A DNA stretch of 64,000 nt. Source: Deltaproteobacteria bacterium (GTDB lineage Bacteria > Myxococcota_A > Polyangia > Fen-1088). Both the position numbers and the translations under genes were made by a program. The DNA is taken from NCBI GenBank assembly GCA_033763315.1, contig JANRKS010000009.1, positions 32,001 to 96,000 on the forward strand, read 5' to 3'. The notes below the pieces were generated by a model. It saw nothing but the letters and a program-made list of their open reading frames with translations, did no database searches and had not been told where the DNA came from. Shown in pieces: positions 46,512 to 57,073 of the stretch (positions are counted from its first letter, which is position 1; every line of letters begins with the position of its first letter).

Positions 46512-48663
46512 CGCCCCCACTGAGGGGGGCTCACCGGCCGCCGAACAGGCGTTGCCCGCCTCGGAAGAGCCCTCATTTCGGCTGCCCACCACTTCGCTTG
46601 CGTTTGATGCTGCGCCACCGGCGCTGACCAGCGTAGAGCCGATCGCCTTCGAGGCGGCGGCTGTGCCGTTGTCCAGGCCCCAAGCCCGGCGCATTCCTTG
46701 GCACCTGTTGGTTGATGTGGCCTTTCTTAAGACGCTTGCGCTGATCGCAGCCGTGGGCGCGTCCGTGGGCAACTGCCTTTACGCTTTGGTGTTCGCCGAA
46801 CTGTGGCCGGAATACATCATCCACAACCAGATCTCCGCCAAGCATCGCTACTGGGTGCAATGGGCGATGGTGGCCGGCGGTCTGGTCGCTGCGCTGCTGG
46901 TGTGGCTTGTGGAGCGCAAATTCGGCAAGCGATTCCCCGGCGCCGGCGCGCGCGCGATCCGGCGTTGGTCGCCGCTGGCGATGGCGGGCTTGGTGCCGTT
47001 GTTGGCCGATTCGCGCAGCTTTGAGGCCTCGGACATGACCGTGCTTGTGTTGGTTCCGCTGTTCGGGTGGGGCCTATACAAAACAATTTGTCTGAGCCAA
47101 GGGGCTTCGCCCGTATGGGGCAGCGTTGCGGTCAGCTTGAACCGCCGCTCGTTGTGGCAAAGCGGCGCCGCCTTTCTGCAGCGGCAGCGAAACTTGCCGC
47201 TCATCTTGGTGTTGGCGGGCGTCGCTGGCTACACGCTTTATTTTTCGTTCCACACCATCCAAACCCATTACCGCTTCGGCACTTCGTCGTTCGATATGGG
47301 CCTCGAGGACAACCTCGTGTGGAATGCCACCCGCTGGGGGCCGCTGTTCAAAATGTCGCCGTTTGGCGGTCCCGATGCCACGCACGCAGGCAACCACCAA
47401 ACTTACTTCGCTTATGTTTTAGCGTTGGTCTATCGGTTCTTTCCAGGGCCCGAAACGTTGTTGGTTTTGCAGGCGCTGCTGATGGGAGCGGCGGCGATCC
47501 CGCTGTTCTTTATCACACGACGGGCGCTTGGCCCTTGGGCGGGGGGCCTGCTGGCCTACCTCTATCTGCTTTACCCGCCGTTGCACGGCGCCAACCTTTA
47601 CGATTTTCATTATCTGCCGCTGGGCACGGTGTTCTTGTGGGCCGCTGTTTCAGCAGCGGAAACGCGCCGGTACGTGTGGATGGTGGTGGCGCTTATCTTG
47701 GCTGCCTCGGTTCGTGAAGACGTTAACGCCATGATGGCGGCGTTGGGCTTCATGATGGTGATCGAAGGCAAGCAGGTCAAAGCGGGCCTTGTGATGACAG
47801 CGTTGGGCGGCTTCTTGTTTGGGCTGTTGAAGTTCGTGGTGATGCCGAGGTACACGGGTGGCCACCAGTCGTTTTTGCACCAGTACCAAGATCTGGTGCC
47901 ACCGGGAGGCAACGGCTACCCCGCGGTTTTGGTCACGGTGTTCACAAACCCGTTCTACACCCTCACCACTTTGTTGGAACGCGACAAGCTTTATTATCTG
48001 CTGCAGATCATGGGGCCGCTTGTGTTCTTCCCGGTGCGTCGGGCGGTGGGGCTGTTGGCGTGTGTTGTGGGTATCTTTTTCACTTTGCTATCCACGCACT
48101 ACCTGCCCCAGATACAGATTTCTTTTCAGTACACCACCTATTGGACCACGTTCGTATTCATCGCCGTGGTGAGGAATCTGGCCTGGGTGCGCGCGCGGCA
48201 CGATCGTGGCACATTGGCGCCTTCGAAAGCGTGGATGGCGGCGATCGCGGCTGCATTGCTGGTCAGCTCGATTCAGTACGGCGCTGTTTTGGACACCCGC
48301 AACGCGCATGGGGGGTTCGGCCATTACCGGTTTGGCCTGTTGCCTGGTGATCACGAACGCCACAGGCAGGTCTACGAATTGATTGGTCTCATTCCGAAGG
48401 ACGCACGGGTGGTGGCGTCGGAGATGCTCGTGCCGCACGTGTCGTCGCGGAAGAACGCCTACACCCTGCGCACGGGCGTCTACGATGCCGACTACGCCTT
48501 GTTTGAACTCCCCACCCGGGGGGATGAAGGGCGGAACCTGCGGCCCTTCCTTGAAAAGGGCGAATTCGGCGTGGTTGACAAACAAGGCCACTATGCCTTG
48601 GCAAAGCGTGGGCACAAAACGGACCGAAACGGCGAGGTTATGGACTTGGTCCGATCTGACTAA
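46444..48663 (+). CDS. DUF2079 family membrane protein (GT-C-like)
   Basis: SFDMG...VWN, PETLLVLQAL, NLYDFH, VRED, FQY. Start uncertain (46444 or 46468). Confidence 0.8.
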   Translation: MLLPKSPPVTNSPSPPDPTNPPDAPTEGGSPAAEQALPASEEPSFRLPTTSLAFDAAPPALTSVEPIAFEAAAVPLSRPQARRIPWHLLVDVAFLKTLALIAAVGASVGNCLYALVFAELWPEYIIHNQISAKHRYWVQWAMVAGGLVAALLVWLVERKFGKRFPGAGARAIRRWSPLAMAGLVPLLADSRSFEASDMTVLVLVPLFGWGLYKTICLSQGASPVWGSVAVSLNRRSLWQSGAAFLQRQRNLPLILVLAGVAGYTLYFSFHTIQTHYRFGTSSFDMGLEDNLVWNATRWGPLFKMSPFGGPDATHAGNHQTYFAYVLALVYRFFPGPETLLVLQALLMGAAAIPLFFITRRALGPWAGGLLAYLYLLYPPLHGANLYDFHYLPLGTVFLWAAVSAAETRRYVWMVVALILAASVREDVNAMMAALGFMMVIEGKQVKAGLVMTALGGFLFGLLKFVVMPRYTGGHQSFLHQYQDLVPPGGNGYPAVLVTVFTNPFYTLTTLLERDKLYYLLQIMGPLVFFPVRRAVGLLACVVGIFFTLLSTHYLPQIQISFQYTTYWTTFVFIAVVRNLAWVRARHDRGTLAPSKAWMAAIAAALLVSSIQYGAVLDTRNAHGGFGHYRFGLLPGDHERHRQVYELIGLIPKDARVVASEMLVPHVSSRKNAYTLRTGVYDADYALFELPTRGDEGRNLRPFLEKGEFGVVDKQGHYALAKRGHKTDRNGEVMDLVRSD

Positions 48664-48841
48664 CACCCCGCCGGCCGGCAAAGCGCACACGGTGCGCAAA
48701 TCGTCGCGCAAGACCGGCTCCCGCCAGGTACAATTGACCCGCTGTTTTTCGCGTGTTATCCGGGTACCAACTTCGGGGCACGCCACACTGGCCTTAACTG
48801 CAAACTTTACGAACCGCCGCGGAGTCTGACTCGGGAGATAC

Positions 48842-50227
48842 ATGGGCAAGCGTATTCTGGTCGCTGACGACAGCGTGACGATTCAGCGAGCCTTCGCGAT
48901 GGTGTTTGCCGTGGAGGACGTCAGTTTGATTGCGGCCCGTTCGTGGGAAGAGGCCATGACCTTGACCCGCCAACACAGGCCGGATCTGGTGTTTGCGGAC
49001 GTGAACCTGGGCGACCGGTCAGGCTACGACCTGTGCTCGGCCATTAAGAGCGACGGCACCTTGGCGGGGGTGCAGGTGCACATCTTGGCGTCCAACCAGG
49101 TGCCGTACGACGCCTCCAAGGGCAACCACGCCCGGGCCGATGGCCATTTCCTAAAGCCGTTCGACAGCGCCAAGCTGGTGGAAGCCGTCAACAAGGCGCT
49201 CAGCGTTTCGGCGCCTGTGGCGGTGGAACGTGCGCCGGCGGCCCCGATGGTGGAGCTTGCCGAGAGCACCTCACGCGTCCAGATCGAGGATGTTTCCTTC
49301 GAAGACGAGGATTCCTACGGCGAGTTTTCGATCGAATCCACGGCCAGCGCGGCGCCGCCACAGATGAAAACGCCGCCTCCGCAGGTGCAACCGCCTCGGC
49401 CCATGGCGCCCGCGATGTCACGGCCTGTGCCCGTCACGCCGCCACCAGTGGTGCTGCCCCAGGCGCGCCCGCCGATGCCGGCCGTTTCGGCGCCCGTGCC
49501 GCGTCCGGCGCCTCCCGTTGTTTCTACGCCTGTGGCGCGGCCGTCCACATCAATGCCGAATGTCTCGGCTCCGGCTCCGGCTCCGGCTCCGCGGCCCGCG
49601 GCCCCCTTGGCGTCCGCGCCCGCGCCGCGGCCGGCCCCCGCAGCGCCTGCGCCTTCGGCACCGATTACGGCCAAGGCCATGCCCCGGCCTTCGCTCATCC
49701 CGGGCGTGATGCCGCCGCGCGTGTCGTCCGATGCGCCCGTGCCGATGGTCCGCCCTCCCGCCACTTCGGGGCCGGCCCCTGCCGCCGCGGATTTCAGCCG
49801 CACAGTTATGGGTATGCCGGCGGTGTCGCAACCGGTGATTCCGGTGCCGATGCCGCGGTCGGAAGTTGTAACGGCGCGGGAAACCCCGGCTGTCAAAGGG
49901 CTGGGACAGTCACTGTTTGACGATCTGGGCCTGCCTCCGTCGTCGCCTCAGGCACCTGCGCCCGTGGCGCCTGTGGCTGAACCGCCCACGCCGATCGCTG
50001 GGCGCGCACCCACGGGACGCATTTCTGATCGGGTGGCCGAGCAGGTCAGTGCCAAGGTCGGCGATAAGCTGGGCGAAAAAATGGCCGAGCTTTCGGCGCG
50101 CGGCCCCGAATACGAAGCGATCGCGAAGCTTTCGCGCGAGATCATCGAACAGGTCGTTTGGGAGGTTGTTCCCGAATTGGCCGAAGTGATGATCAAAGAG
50201 CACATCGAGCGTTTGGCCAAGCGGTAA
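48842..50227 (+). CDS. romR: RomR-like polarity response regulator (receiver, Pro-rich linker, conserved C-terminal helix)
   Basis: ILVADDSVTI receiver; Pro/Ala linker; SREIIEQVVWEVVPELAEVMIKEHIERL C-terminus; next to valS as in myxobacteria. Confidence 0.85.
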   Translation: MGKRILVADDSVTIQRAFAMVFAVEDVSLIAARSWEEAMTLTRQHRPDLVFADVNLGDRSGYDLCSAIKSDGTLAGVQVHILASNQVPYDASKGNHARADGHFLKPFDSAKLVEAVNKALSVSAPVAVERAPAAPMVELAESTSRVQIEDVSFEDEDSYGEFSIESTASAAPPQMKTPPPQVQPPRPMAPAMSRPVPVTPPPVVLPQARPPMPAVSAPVPRPAPPVVSTPVARPSTSMPNVSAPAPAPAPRPAAPLASAPAPRPAPAAPAPSAPITAKAMPRPSLIPGVMPPRVSSDAPVPMVRPPATSGPAPAAADFSRTVMGMPAVSQPVIPVPMPRSEVVTARETPAVKGLGQSLFDDLGLPPSSPQAPAPVAPVAEPPTPIAGRAPTGRISDRVAEQVSAKVGDKLGEKMAELSARGPEYEAIAKLSREIIEQVVWEVVPELAEVMIKEHIERLAKR

Positions 50228-50361
50228 CCGCGGCCCAAGCTCTTTCGCGGCCGGTTACGCTGGGCGGGATAGCCGCGCGTTGCGTTTGTGAGCAACCGTG
50301 TGTTTCGCCCGGCGCCTCCGTCCACTAAACTGCGCCGTTCCCCCACCTCAAAGATAGCCCC

Positions 50362-53094
50362 ATGACCACGCCGACCACGCCTTCATCGCCCGAAACCCAG
50401 GACACTCTCGAGAAAACCTACGACCCGAGCCGCCTCGAGAAGCGTTGGTACGACCATTGGGTTGAGAAGAAGTACTTCCACGCCGACGCGCAAGCTCCCA
50501 AGGCGCCGTGGTCGATGGTGATCCCGCCACCGAATGTCACCGGATCGCTGCACATGGGGCACGCGCTCGGCAGCACCATCGAAGACATCTTCACGCGCTG
50601 GCGCCGCATGGCCGCCTACAACGCCATGTGGCTGCCCGGCACCGATCACGCGGGCATCGCCACGCAAACGGTGGTGGAACGCGAGCTCATGAAAGTGGAG
50701 GGCAAGACCCGCCACGATCTGGGTCGCGACGAATTCATCAAGAAGGTGTGGAACTGGCGGGAGCGTTCAGGCAACCGCATCTTGGATCAGCTCAAGGCGC
50801 TGGGCTGTTCGCTTGACTGGGATCGCCTGAAATTCACGATGGATCCCGATTATTCGGCGGCCGTGATCGAGTGCTTTGTGCGTTTGCATGAAGAAGGCCT
50901 GATTTACCGCGCCGAACGCTTGATCAACTGGGACGTGGAAAGCCGCACGGCCCTGTCTGATCTGGAAGTGGAATACAAAGAGATCCAGGGGGAGCTTTAT
51001 GAGTTCGCGTATCCCTTGGCCGATGGCTCGGGCGAATTGGTGGTGGCCACCACGCGCACGGAAACCATGCTGGGTGACACCGCGGTGGCCGTGCATCCAG
51101 ATGATCCCCGGCACGCGGGCAAGATCGGCAAGATGATCAAGCACCCGATCTTGGGCTACGAATTTCCGATCATCGGTGACGCCACGCTGGTGGATATGGA
51201 ATTCGGCACGGGCGCGGTGAAGGTGACGCCCGCGCACGACCCCAACGACTTTGAGTGCGGTAAACGCCACAACCTGAAGATGATTTCGATCTTGGATGTG
51301 GCGGGCAAGATCAACGATAACGGCGGGCCATTCAAAGGCCTCAGCGCCAAAGAAGCACGCAAAGCGGTTAAAGCGAAATTGGCGGAGTTGGGGCTTGAGC
51401 GCGGCAGCAAAACGATGACTCACTCCGTGGGTTTTTCGCAGCGTTCTGACACCATCGTGGAGCCGATGCTTTCCACGCAGTGGTTCGTGAAGATGGAGCC
51501 TTTAGCGGCGCCTGCCATCGCCGCGGTGGAAGAGGGCAAGGTTAAGTTCGTTCCTGAGAGCTGGTCAAAAACCTACTTCCACTGGATGAACAACATCAAA
51601 GACTGGTGCATCTCGCGCCAGCTGTGGTGGGGGCACCGTGTGCCCGCGTGGCACTGCGCCGATTGCAAAGTGCCCACCGTGGCGCGCACCACGCCCGATA
51701 GGTGCGCCCACTGTGGCAGCACGAAGCTCACACAAGACGAAGACGTGTTGGACACGTGGTTCTCATCCTGGCTGTGGCCGTTCGCCACGCTGGGATGGCC
51801 GAACGAAACGCGCGAGTTGAAGACCTTTTATCCAACCACGGTGTTGGATACGGGTTACGACATTTTGTTCTTCTGGGTGGCGCGCATGATCATGGCGGGC
51901 TTGCACTTTATGGGCAAAGTGCCTTTCCGCACGGTGTACCTGCACACGCTGGTCACCGACGAAAAGGGCGAGAAGATGTCGAAGGTCAAGGGCAACGTGA
52001 TTGATCCGCTCGACATCATCGAGAAGCACGGCGCCGATTCGTTGCGGTTTGCGCTGGCGTGGCTAACCACCAGCGCTTCGCAAGGCAAGAACATCAAGTT
52101 TGCGATCGGCAACGTGGACGACGCGCGCCGCTTTGCCAACAAGATCTGGAACGCCACGCGCTTTGCGCTGATGAACCTGCAAGACTATGAGCCAAACCGG
52201 TTCGCCGATCGCACGGCAGAAGGCCCCGATGGCGCCGAGTTTGAGCTGCCCGAGCGCTGGATCTTGTCGCGGGCGCAACGCGTGTCGGATGACGTACACA
52301 AGGCGCTGGAAGAGTTCCGCATCGCGGACGCGGCGCAAATCATTTATCACTACATTTGGAACGAGGTGTGCGACTGGTACATCGAGTTGGCCAAAGGCCG
52401 CCTTTCGAAAGACGCTGGGCCGCAGGCCGCGGAAAACCGCTGGAAGGTGCAAGGCGCTCTCGTGACGGCGCTTGATGTGGCGATGCGCCTGCTGCATCCG
52501 TTTATGCCGTTTATTACCGAGGAAATTTGGCAAAAACTGCCAAAGCCCGATACGGCGCCTCAAAGCATTGTCATCACGTTGTACCCCATCACCGACGTTC
52601 GCTTTGTTGATGAGGCAGGTGAGGCCTCGATGGATTTGGTGCAGCGGGTGGTCACCGCGATCCGCTCGGTGCGCGCCGAACGCAACATTCCGTCGATCGC
52701 GCGGAACGCTGTGATTCTGACCGTGGCCGACGATTACAAGAAAACGATTCTCGACGGCTATAAGTCGATCGTTGCCGAACAAGCCAAGTGCAAAGAGGTG
52801 ACGGTGCGCCGCACGGGTGGCGCCCCTTCTGAGCCCGTGGCGGTGGCGATGGCGGGCGATGTGGAGGTGATGGTGGTGCTTGAATCTGCGGCCGACGCCG
52901 GAGCAGAAAAAGACAAGCTGCAAAAAGAACGCGCCAAACTTGTGCGCGACGTGGAGTTCTACAACAAACGCCTTGGCAACCCGGCCTTCGTTGATAAGGC
53001 GCCGCCCGACGTGATTGAGAAGGACAAAGCGCGGCTTGCGGACACGCACGCGGCGCTGGCGAAGGTGGACGAAGCGCTTGCACGTCTAGGATGA
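50362..53094 (+). CDS. valS: Valine--tRNA ligase
   Basis: PPPNVTGSLHMGH, GTDHAGIATQ, DWCISRQLWWGH, DVLDTWFSS, KMSK, C-terminal coiled coil. Confidence 0.98.
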   Translation: MTTPTTPSSPETQDTLEKTYDPSRLEKRWYDHWVEKKYFHADAQAPKAPWSMVIPPPNVTGSLHMGHALGSTIEDIFTRWRRMAAYNAMWLPGTDHAGIATQTVVERELMKVEGKTRHDLGRDEFIKKVWNWRERSGNRILDQLKALGCSLDWDRLKFTMDPDYSAAVIECFVRLHEEGLIYRAERLINWDVESRTALSDLEVEYKEIQGELYEFAYPLADGSGELVVATTRTETMLGDTAVAVHPDDPRHAGKIGKMIKHPILGYEFPIIGDATLVDMEFGTGAVKVTPAHDPNDFECGKRHNLKMISILDVAGKINDNGGPFKGLSAKEARKAVKAKLAELGLERGSKTMTHSVGFSQRSDTIVEPMLSTQWFVKMEPLAAPAIAAVEEGKVKFVPESWSKTYFHWMNNIKDWCISRQLWWGHRVPAWHCADCKVPTVARTTPDRCAHCGSTKLTQDEDVLDTWFSSWLWPFATLGWPNETRELKTFYPTTVLDTGYDILFFWVARMIMAGLHFMGKVPFRTVYLHTLVTDEKGEKMSKVKGNVIDPLDIIEKHGADSLRFALAWLTTSASQGKNIKFAIGNVDDARRFANKIWNATRFALMNLQDYEPNRFADRTAEGPDGAEFELPERWILSRAQRVSDDVHKALEEFRIADAAQIIYHYIWNEVCDWYIELAKGRLSKDAGPQAAENRWKVQGALVTALDVAMRLLHPFMPFITEEIWQKLPKPDTAPQSIVITLYPITDVRFVDEAGEASMDLVQRVVTAIRSVRAERNIPSIARNAVILTVADDYKKTILDGYKSIVAEQAKCKEVTVRRTGGAPSEPVAVAMAGDVEVMVVLESAADAGAEKDKLQKERAKLVRDVEFYNKRLGNPAFVDKAPPDVIEKDKARLADTHAALAKVDEALARLG

Positions 53095-53107
53095 TGCGCG
53101 GAGCGTT

Positions 53108-54067
53108 TTAGGGCAACGCGCGTGTGATGATGGCGGTAACGCCGGGGGCGAAAGCGCTCATGGCGAAACGCTGCACGAGCACGTTGCCCGAAATCACGCG
53201 CGCTTCGGGAGGCGAGGTCGACGCCATCACATGGCCCTCGATGCCCCACGTCCATCTTCGCCAAGCGAAGGTGACGCCCGTGGCCGCATAGGCTCCCCAC
53301 CAGACGCGCCATTGCGTGCGGCTGTCAAAGCGTGGGTCGGTGCTGTGTCCCGCAAGGGCGGTGGCCAACGCGAACGGACCGGCCATGAAGTGCAACTTCG
53401 TTGTTCCCCGGCCCGCATGCAACATGACGGCGGGCAAGGCGCCGAACGCTTTGGCATCCACGTTGCCAGCCACAGTCGAAACTTCACCGAATGTGGCCAG
53501 CGCTTGTGTTGTGATAGCAAGCCATGGGCGCGCAAACGGACGCCACAGCACGCCTGCACGCACCAACGGAGCCCACCGCCACGCAGGGCCAAGGCGCAAA
53601 GCACCGATCGCAAACAATGCTTCAAGCTCGTGTGGCTTTGGTGGGGAATCGATGGTTGGCGCTGCCGCTTTCACCACAGAGGGCACGACCTGCGGCGCGA
53701 TGTGCACGTTGTCGCGACGGCCGGCCACGATGAGTTCCGCCGCGGCCAACGCCAAAAGGCGCGTGTTGAGACCGGGGTCATCGGAAGCCAAGGTGAGCCG
53801 TCGCGAGGCTTGTGCCATGGCGCCATCCTTGACGGACACCAATGGCCCCTCGTTGTCGCAGGCGACATCGATCTGCGTGGGTTGTGCCCCCAAAGCCTCT
53901 ACGCCTGCGGCGGACAACTCAATGGCGATGAGCTTTTCCGCTTGTGCCAAGTTGATGGCCACGCAAGCATGGGCACGCAGCTGCACCCGTGCCGGTGCCG
54001 CGAAAGCTGAAGCGCTCAACATCCACAGACCCAACCCAACGGCCGCTGCAAGGCCACGAGGCTTCAC
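53108..54067 (-). CDS. Secreted hypothetical protein with C-terminal beta-barrel-like strands
   Basis: Signal peptide ASAFA; LALAAAELI helix; amphipathic beta strands; third gene of the ECF-FecR cassette. Confidence 0.55.
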   Translation of the reverse strand: MKPRGLAAAVGLGLWMLSASAFAAPARVQLRAHACVAINLAQAEKLIAIELSAAGVEALGAQPTQIDVACDNEGPLVSVKDGAMAQASRRLTLASDDPGLNTRLLALAAAELIVAGRRDNVHIAPQVVPSVVKAAAPTIDSPPKPHELEALFAIGALRLGPAWRWAPLVRAGVLWRPFARPWLAITTQALATFGEVSTVAGNVDAKAFGALPAVMLHAGRGTTKLHFMAGPFALATALAGHSTDPRFDSRTQWRVWWGAYAATGVTFAWRRWTWGIEGHVMASTSPPEARVISGNVLVQRFAMSAFAPGVTAIITRALP

Positions 54068-55170
54068 TCCAAGGCCCCGAACCGTTTCACGGCGCGGCTT
54101 CGTCGGCCTGCGGGGAAGGCTTGCAGGTAATCTTTGGCCGCGCGCTGGGCCTCAACGACGTCGCCTGCCTTAAACGATGCCTCCACCTGACGGGCAAGCG
54201 CGTCCTCGGCGAGATCGCCTCGCGGCGACAACCTGCGGCTCAGGGCAAATGCGTTGGCGGCTTCTTTGGGGCGGCCTAATTCTTCAAGCAACACCAAGCC
54301 CATGGTAAACGCCGCGAGGCTGGCGCGGGGATCGCGGTTGAACTTTTTCACGAAGCGATCGAGGTGCGGCAGCGCTTCGGCGGGATGGTGCGAAAGCCTG
54401 GCAGCGTCGGCGGCCAGCAGCAGATCGCCCGGATCTTTCCATGATTCGTCGTGGTTGTTCAAAGAGCGTTGCAGCTGCGTGAAGGCTTCATCAAAGCGTC
54501 CGCCTTGGGCCAACCTTTGCCAAGCTTGCGGTGCAGGGCGGTTCGCACTTACCGCTGGTTTGAATGATGGCAGGTTCGTTGCACTCGCAGGTGGCGTGGT
54601 GGCTGCGGGCGCACGAGGTGGCCACGTGAAACTTTGCCCTGCGTGCAATTGCGAGCGCTTGTTGCTGGTCTGCACCTGCACATGACCTTGCAACACTTCG
54701 ATTGCCACCTGGCCGGGGCTCTGTTGCACCACGAATGATGCGGAAAGAACCTGAACAAATAGCGACTGTACGTAAAGCGAAAAGGGAGCGCCTGCAGCTG
54801 CGGCCACATCGACTTGAACATGCGCGCCCAGCAAGTCCCACGCGCGTGCATCGGGCGCAACGCGTGGCTTCGTCAATGCATTCGGGTTTTCGTCAGCAGC
54901 CAACGACCGCACTTGCACGCCTGCGGGCAAAGCCGCTGCTTGTGACAAATACGAGGGCGCAAGAGGTTGCACTTCAAGGCGCGATTGCAGCCAGAAAAAG
55001 ACACCAGCCGCCGCGGCCAACATACCCATCATGAAGGTCAAAGGACGACGCCGCCCACGCGTGAGCCGGTGGTTGAGCGCGCGGTGTACAGCCTCGGCCC
55101 GCGCTGGTGTCCAGGCGGAAACGACGTGCGCCCTCACCTGCGCCACGGGTTCATGGTTCGTCATCGTCAC
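54064..55170 (-). CDS. FecR-like anti-sigma with C-terminal TPR
   Basis: Single TM helix; VQVLSASFVV...IEVLQGHVQV; LLLAADAARLS...AAFTMG...LAEDALAR...YL.AFPAGR. Confidence 0.8.
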   Translation of the reverse strand: MTMTNHEPVAQVRAHVVSAWTPARAEAVHRALNHRLTRGRRRPLTFMMGMLAAAAGVFFWLQSRLEVQPLAPSYLSQAAALPAGVQVRSLAADENPNALTKPRVAPDARAWDLLGAHVQVDVAAAAGAPFSLYVQSLFVQVLSASFVVQQSPGQVAIEVLQGHVQVQTSNKRSQLHAGQSFTWPPRAPAATTPPASATNLPSFKPAVSANRPAPQAWQRLAQGGRFDEAFTQLQRSLNNHDESWKDPGDLLLAADAARLSHHPAEALPHLDRFVKKFNRDPRASLAAFTMGLVLLEELGRPKEAANAFALSRRLSPRGDLAEDALARQVEASFKAGDVVEAQRAAKDYLQAFPAGRRSRAVKRFGALE

Positions 55171-55711
55171 TCCTTTGGGCCTCGCCAGTCACCACCATGC
55201 CCGTTTCGTGTATCCATCGCTTCGCGGTGGCCAAAGAGCAGCCACACACGTTCGCCACGTAGGCCAGTGGCTCTTGCTCCACGACGCGCAAAACCCAGGC
55301 CGCGCGCCGCCGCGGGGACACGGACTCAAGACGTTGGTAAACCCGCGCAATCGCGGCGCACTCTTCAGGCGACGCTCCGGGCCACACCACATCATGGGTC
55401 AAGGAAGCCAGGCCCAAAAAGCGTTTGAATTTGCGCGTGCGCAAGCGCCGCGTGGCCGCCCGCACGGTGATGGTGGCCAACCAGCCTTTGACCGCGTCCG
55501 CATCGCGCACGGTGCGGAGCCCTTTGCATGCATCAACGAACACGTCTTGCACGAGATCATCAATTTCATCATCGCGGCCCAGAATGCGGATGCCGATGTA
55601 GGCCACATAACTGCTGTGTTCGCGGTAAAGCTGCGCCAACGTCATCGCCGGCTTCACGGCGTCATCTGCCGGCGCTGTCGGCAGAAGTTTGAGGTGGGGC
55701 ACGTTGGGCAT
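55151..55711 (-). CDS. ECF sigma-70 factor
   Basis: DDLVQDVF, WLATITVR, VLRVVEQEPLAYVANVCGCSLATAKR. Confidence 0.9.
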   Translation of the reverse strand: MPNVPHLKLLPTAPADDAVKPAMTLAQLYREHSSYVAYIGIRILGRDDEIDDLVQDVFVDACKGLRTVRDADAVKGWLATITVRAATRRLRTRKFKRFLGLASLTHDVVWPGASPEECAAIARVYQRLESVSPRRRAAWVLRVVEQEPLAYVANVCGCSLATAKRWIHETGMVVTGEAQRSDDDEP

Positions 55712-55771
55712 GCGGAGGGAATCGCTAGATAGGTGGCAACAAGCTGTGAAGTTGGCTCATACGAAGCGCCA

Positions 55772-57052
55772 CTATTTTTGCGGCCATCCCACGGGATCTA
55801 GTGCCACTTGGGCTTGGGCGTCGAGTACGGCTTTACTTACGCTGTCTGGCACCTGTGGCCTTGAAGCCGCGGGCCACCAGGATGAAGCGCCCGCGTAGAG
55901 CCACACATAGGCATCCGTTGAGCGCAAGGCCGCCGCAATGCCGCGCGGCAGGTCAGCCGTTGTGGGGCGCGGCACGGTTGCCGGAACGGGGTTCATGAAC
56001 GCGTCCATGTCGTAATCGATCATCAAACCAAAGGACGCGGGCAGGGGCACCGAAAGGCGCATCGAGGTGGCGGCGTCGCACGTAACGGCATAGCGCGCGG
56101 GCCAAAGCAAAGGCCCACCCGCGCCCAGCCCATCCCAGTGGGTGACGACGTCGGGCTGCCAGGCTCGTTCAAGTTGATTGTGATCGGCGTGAACCAAGCT
56201 GCGAAACATCTGGAAAGGAGCCGCGGCGCGTGCGGGATACGCGGGTAAATACCCATCAATCAAACGGGTTTGGCCATTGGCAAGGCCCTGCCGCAAGCCA
56301 TCCAAAAACGCGGGATAAAGCGCGTAGGGATGGCTGGGCAGCGGGCGCCCCATGATGCAGACCTCTCGCCACATTTCGCTGTAGCCCCACAACAAAATGA
56401 GTTCGGCGCCGGGGAAGCCGCGCACCAAGGCTGCCGCCATTTCCGAGCCTCGCTTCAACACTAGGGCTTCGTCGCTGTCAAACGATCGATCTGTCGCCAC
56501 GGCGAAAACGCTTCGACCATACATCTGGTTTTCCAACCAAAGGCCTCGCATGCCTGCGGCTGCGGCTGACCTGGCCGCCATCTCCAAGTTGCGAACGATG
56601 ACCGCAAAAGCCGCTTCGTCGTCCCAAGTCATAGGCAGGCGGTTCAAACTTATCTTCTGAAAGTTGTGGACCAAACCGAGGTCACGCAACCCGCGGGCGG
56701 CTGCTTCAGCCTGTGCGAAGTCTCCAGAGGCAATTTCGGTGGGGGTTGCGAACACATCATCAAGCCCCAAGTCCAAAACGGCCCCCTGAAACGGTGAGGG
56801 CCCCTGGGCCAGTTGTGTCTGCAGAGCCTGGATCTCCGCGGTGCCAGTGACTACATCCTGGCTCACCGCCAGGGTCCGTAAGGGCAAAGGTCTTGCCACC
56901 AAAACGTTCGCGTCCCCGGAACAGGCGACGGCCAACGTCAACATAGGACCTATGGCCCACGGGCGGGTGCACACCCCGAAAAGATAACGAGCGCCGCGCC
57001 AGAAGCCACCTTTTGCGAAAGATGAAAGTATTTTCGATCGGGCCTGAGCCAA
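55772..57052 (-). CDS. Hypothetical lipoprotein, possible TIM-barrel glycoside-hydrolase-like fold
   Basis: Lipobox LAVAC; GMRGLWLENQMY, FLDGL, LIDGY, YVWLY. Real start probably downstream of 57052. Confidence 0.5.
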   Translation of the reverse strand: MAQARSKILSSFAKGGFWRGARYLFGVCTRPWAIGPMLTLAVACSGDANVLVARPLPLRTLAVSQDVVTGTAEIQALQTQLAQGPSPFQGAVLDLGLDDVFATPTEIASGDFAQAEAAARGLRDLGLVHNFQKISLNRLPMTWDDEAAFAVIVRNLEMAARSAAAAGMRGLWLENQMYGRSVFAVATDRSFDSDEALVLKRGSEMAAALVRGFPGAELILLWGYSEMWREVCIMGRPLPSHPYALYPAFLDGLRQGLANGQTRLIDGYLPAYPARAAAPFQMFRSLVHADHNQLERAWQPDVVTHWDGLGAGGPLLWPARYAVTCDAATSMRLSVPLPASFGLMIDYDMDAFMNPVPATVPRPTTADLPRGIAAALRSTDAYVWLYAGASSWWPAASRPQVPDSVSKAVLDAQAQVALDPVGWPQK

Positions 57053-57073
57053 AAATGGTTCACGCTTTCACCA

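Noticed and set aside
49565-49650. GGCTCC hexamer repeats
   Set aside because: They encode the Ala-Pro linker of RomR; low-complexity coding sequence.
50222-50262. Hairpin between romR and valS as a terminator or T-box
   Set aside because: GC-rich stem with no U-tract or T-box motif, and the leader is too short.
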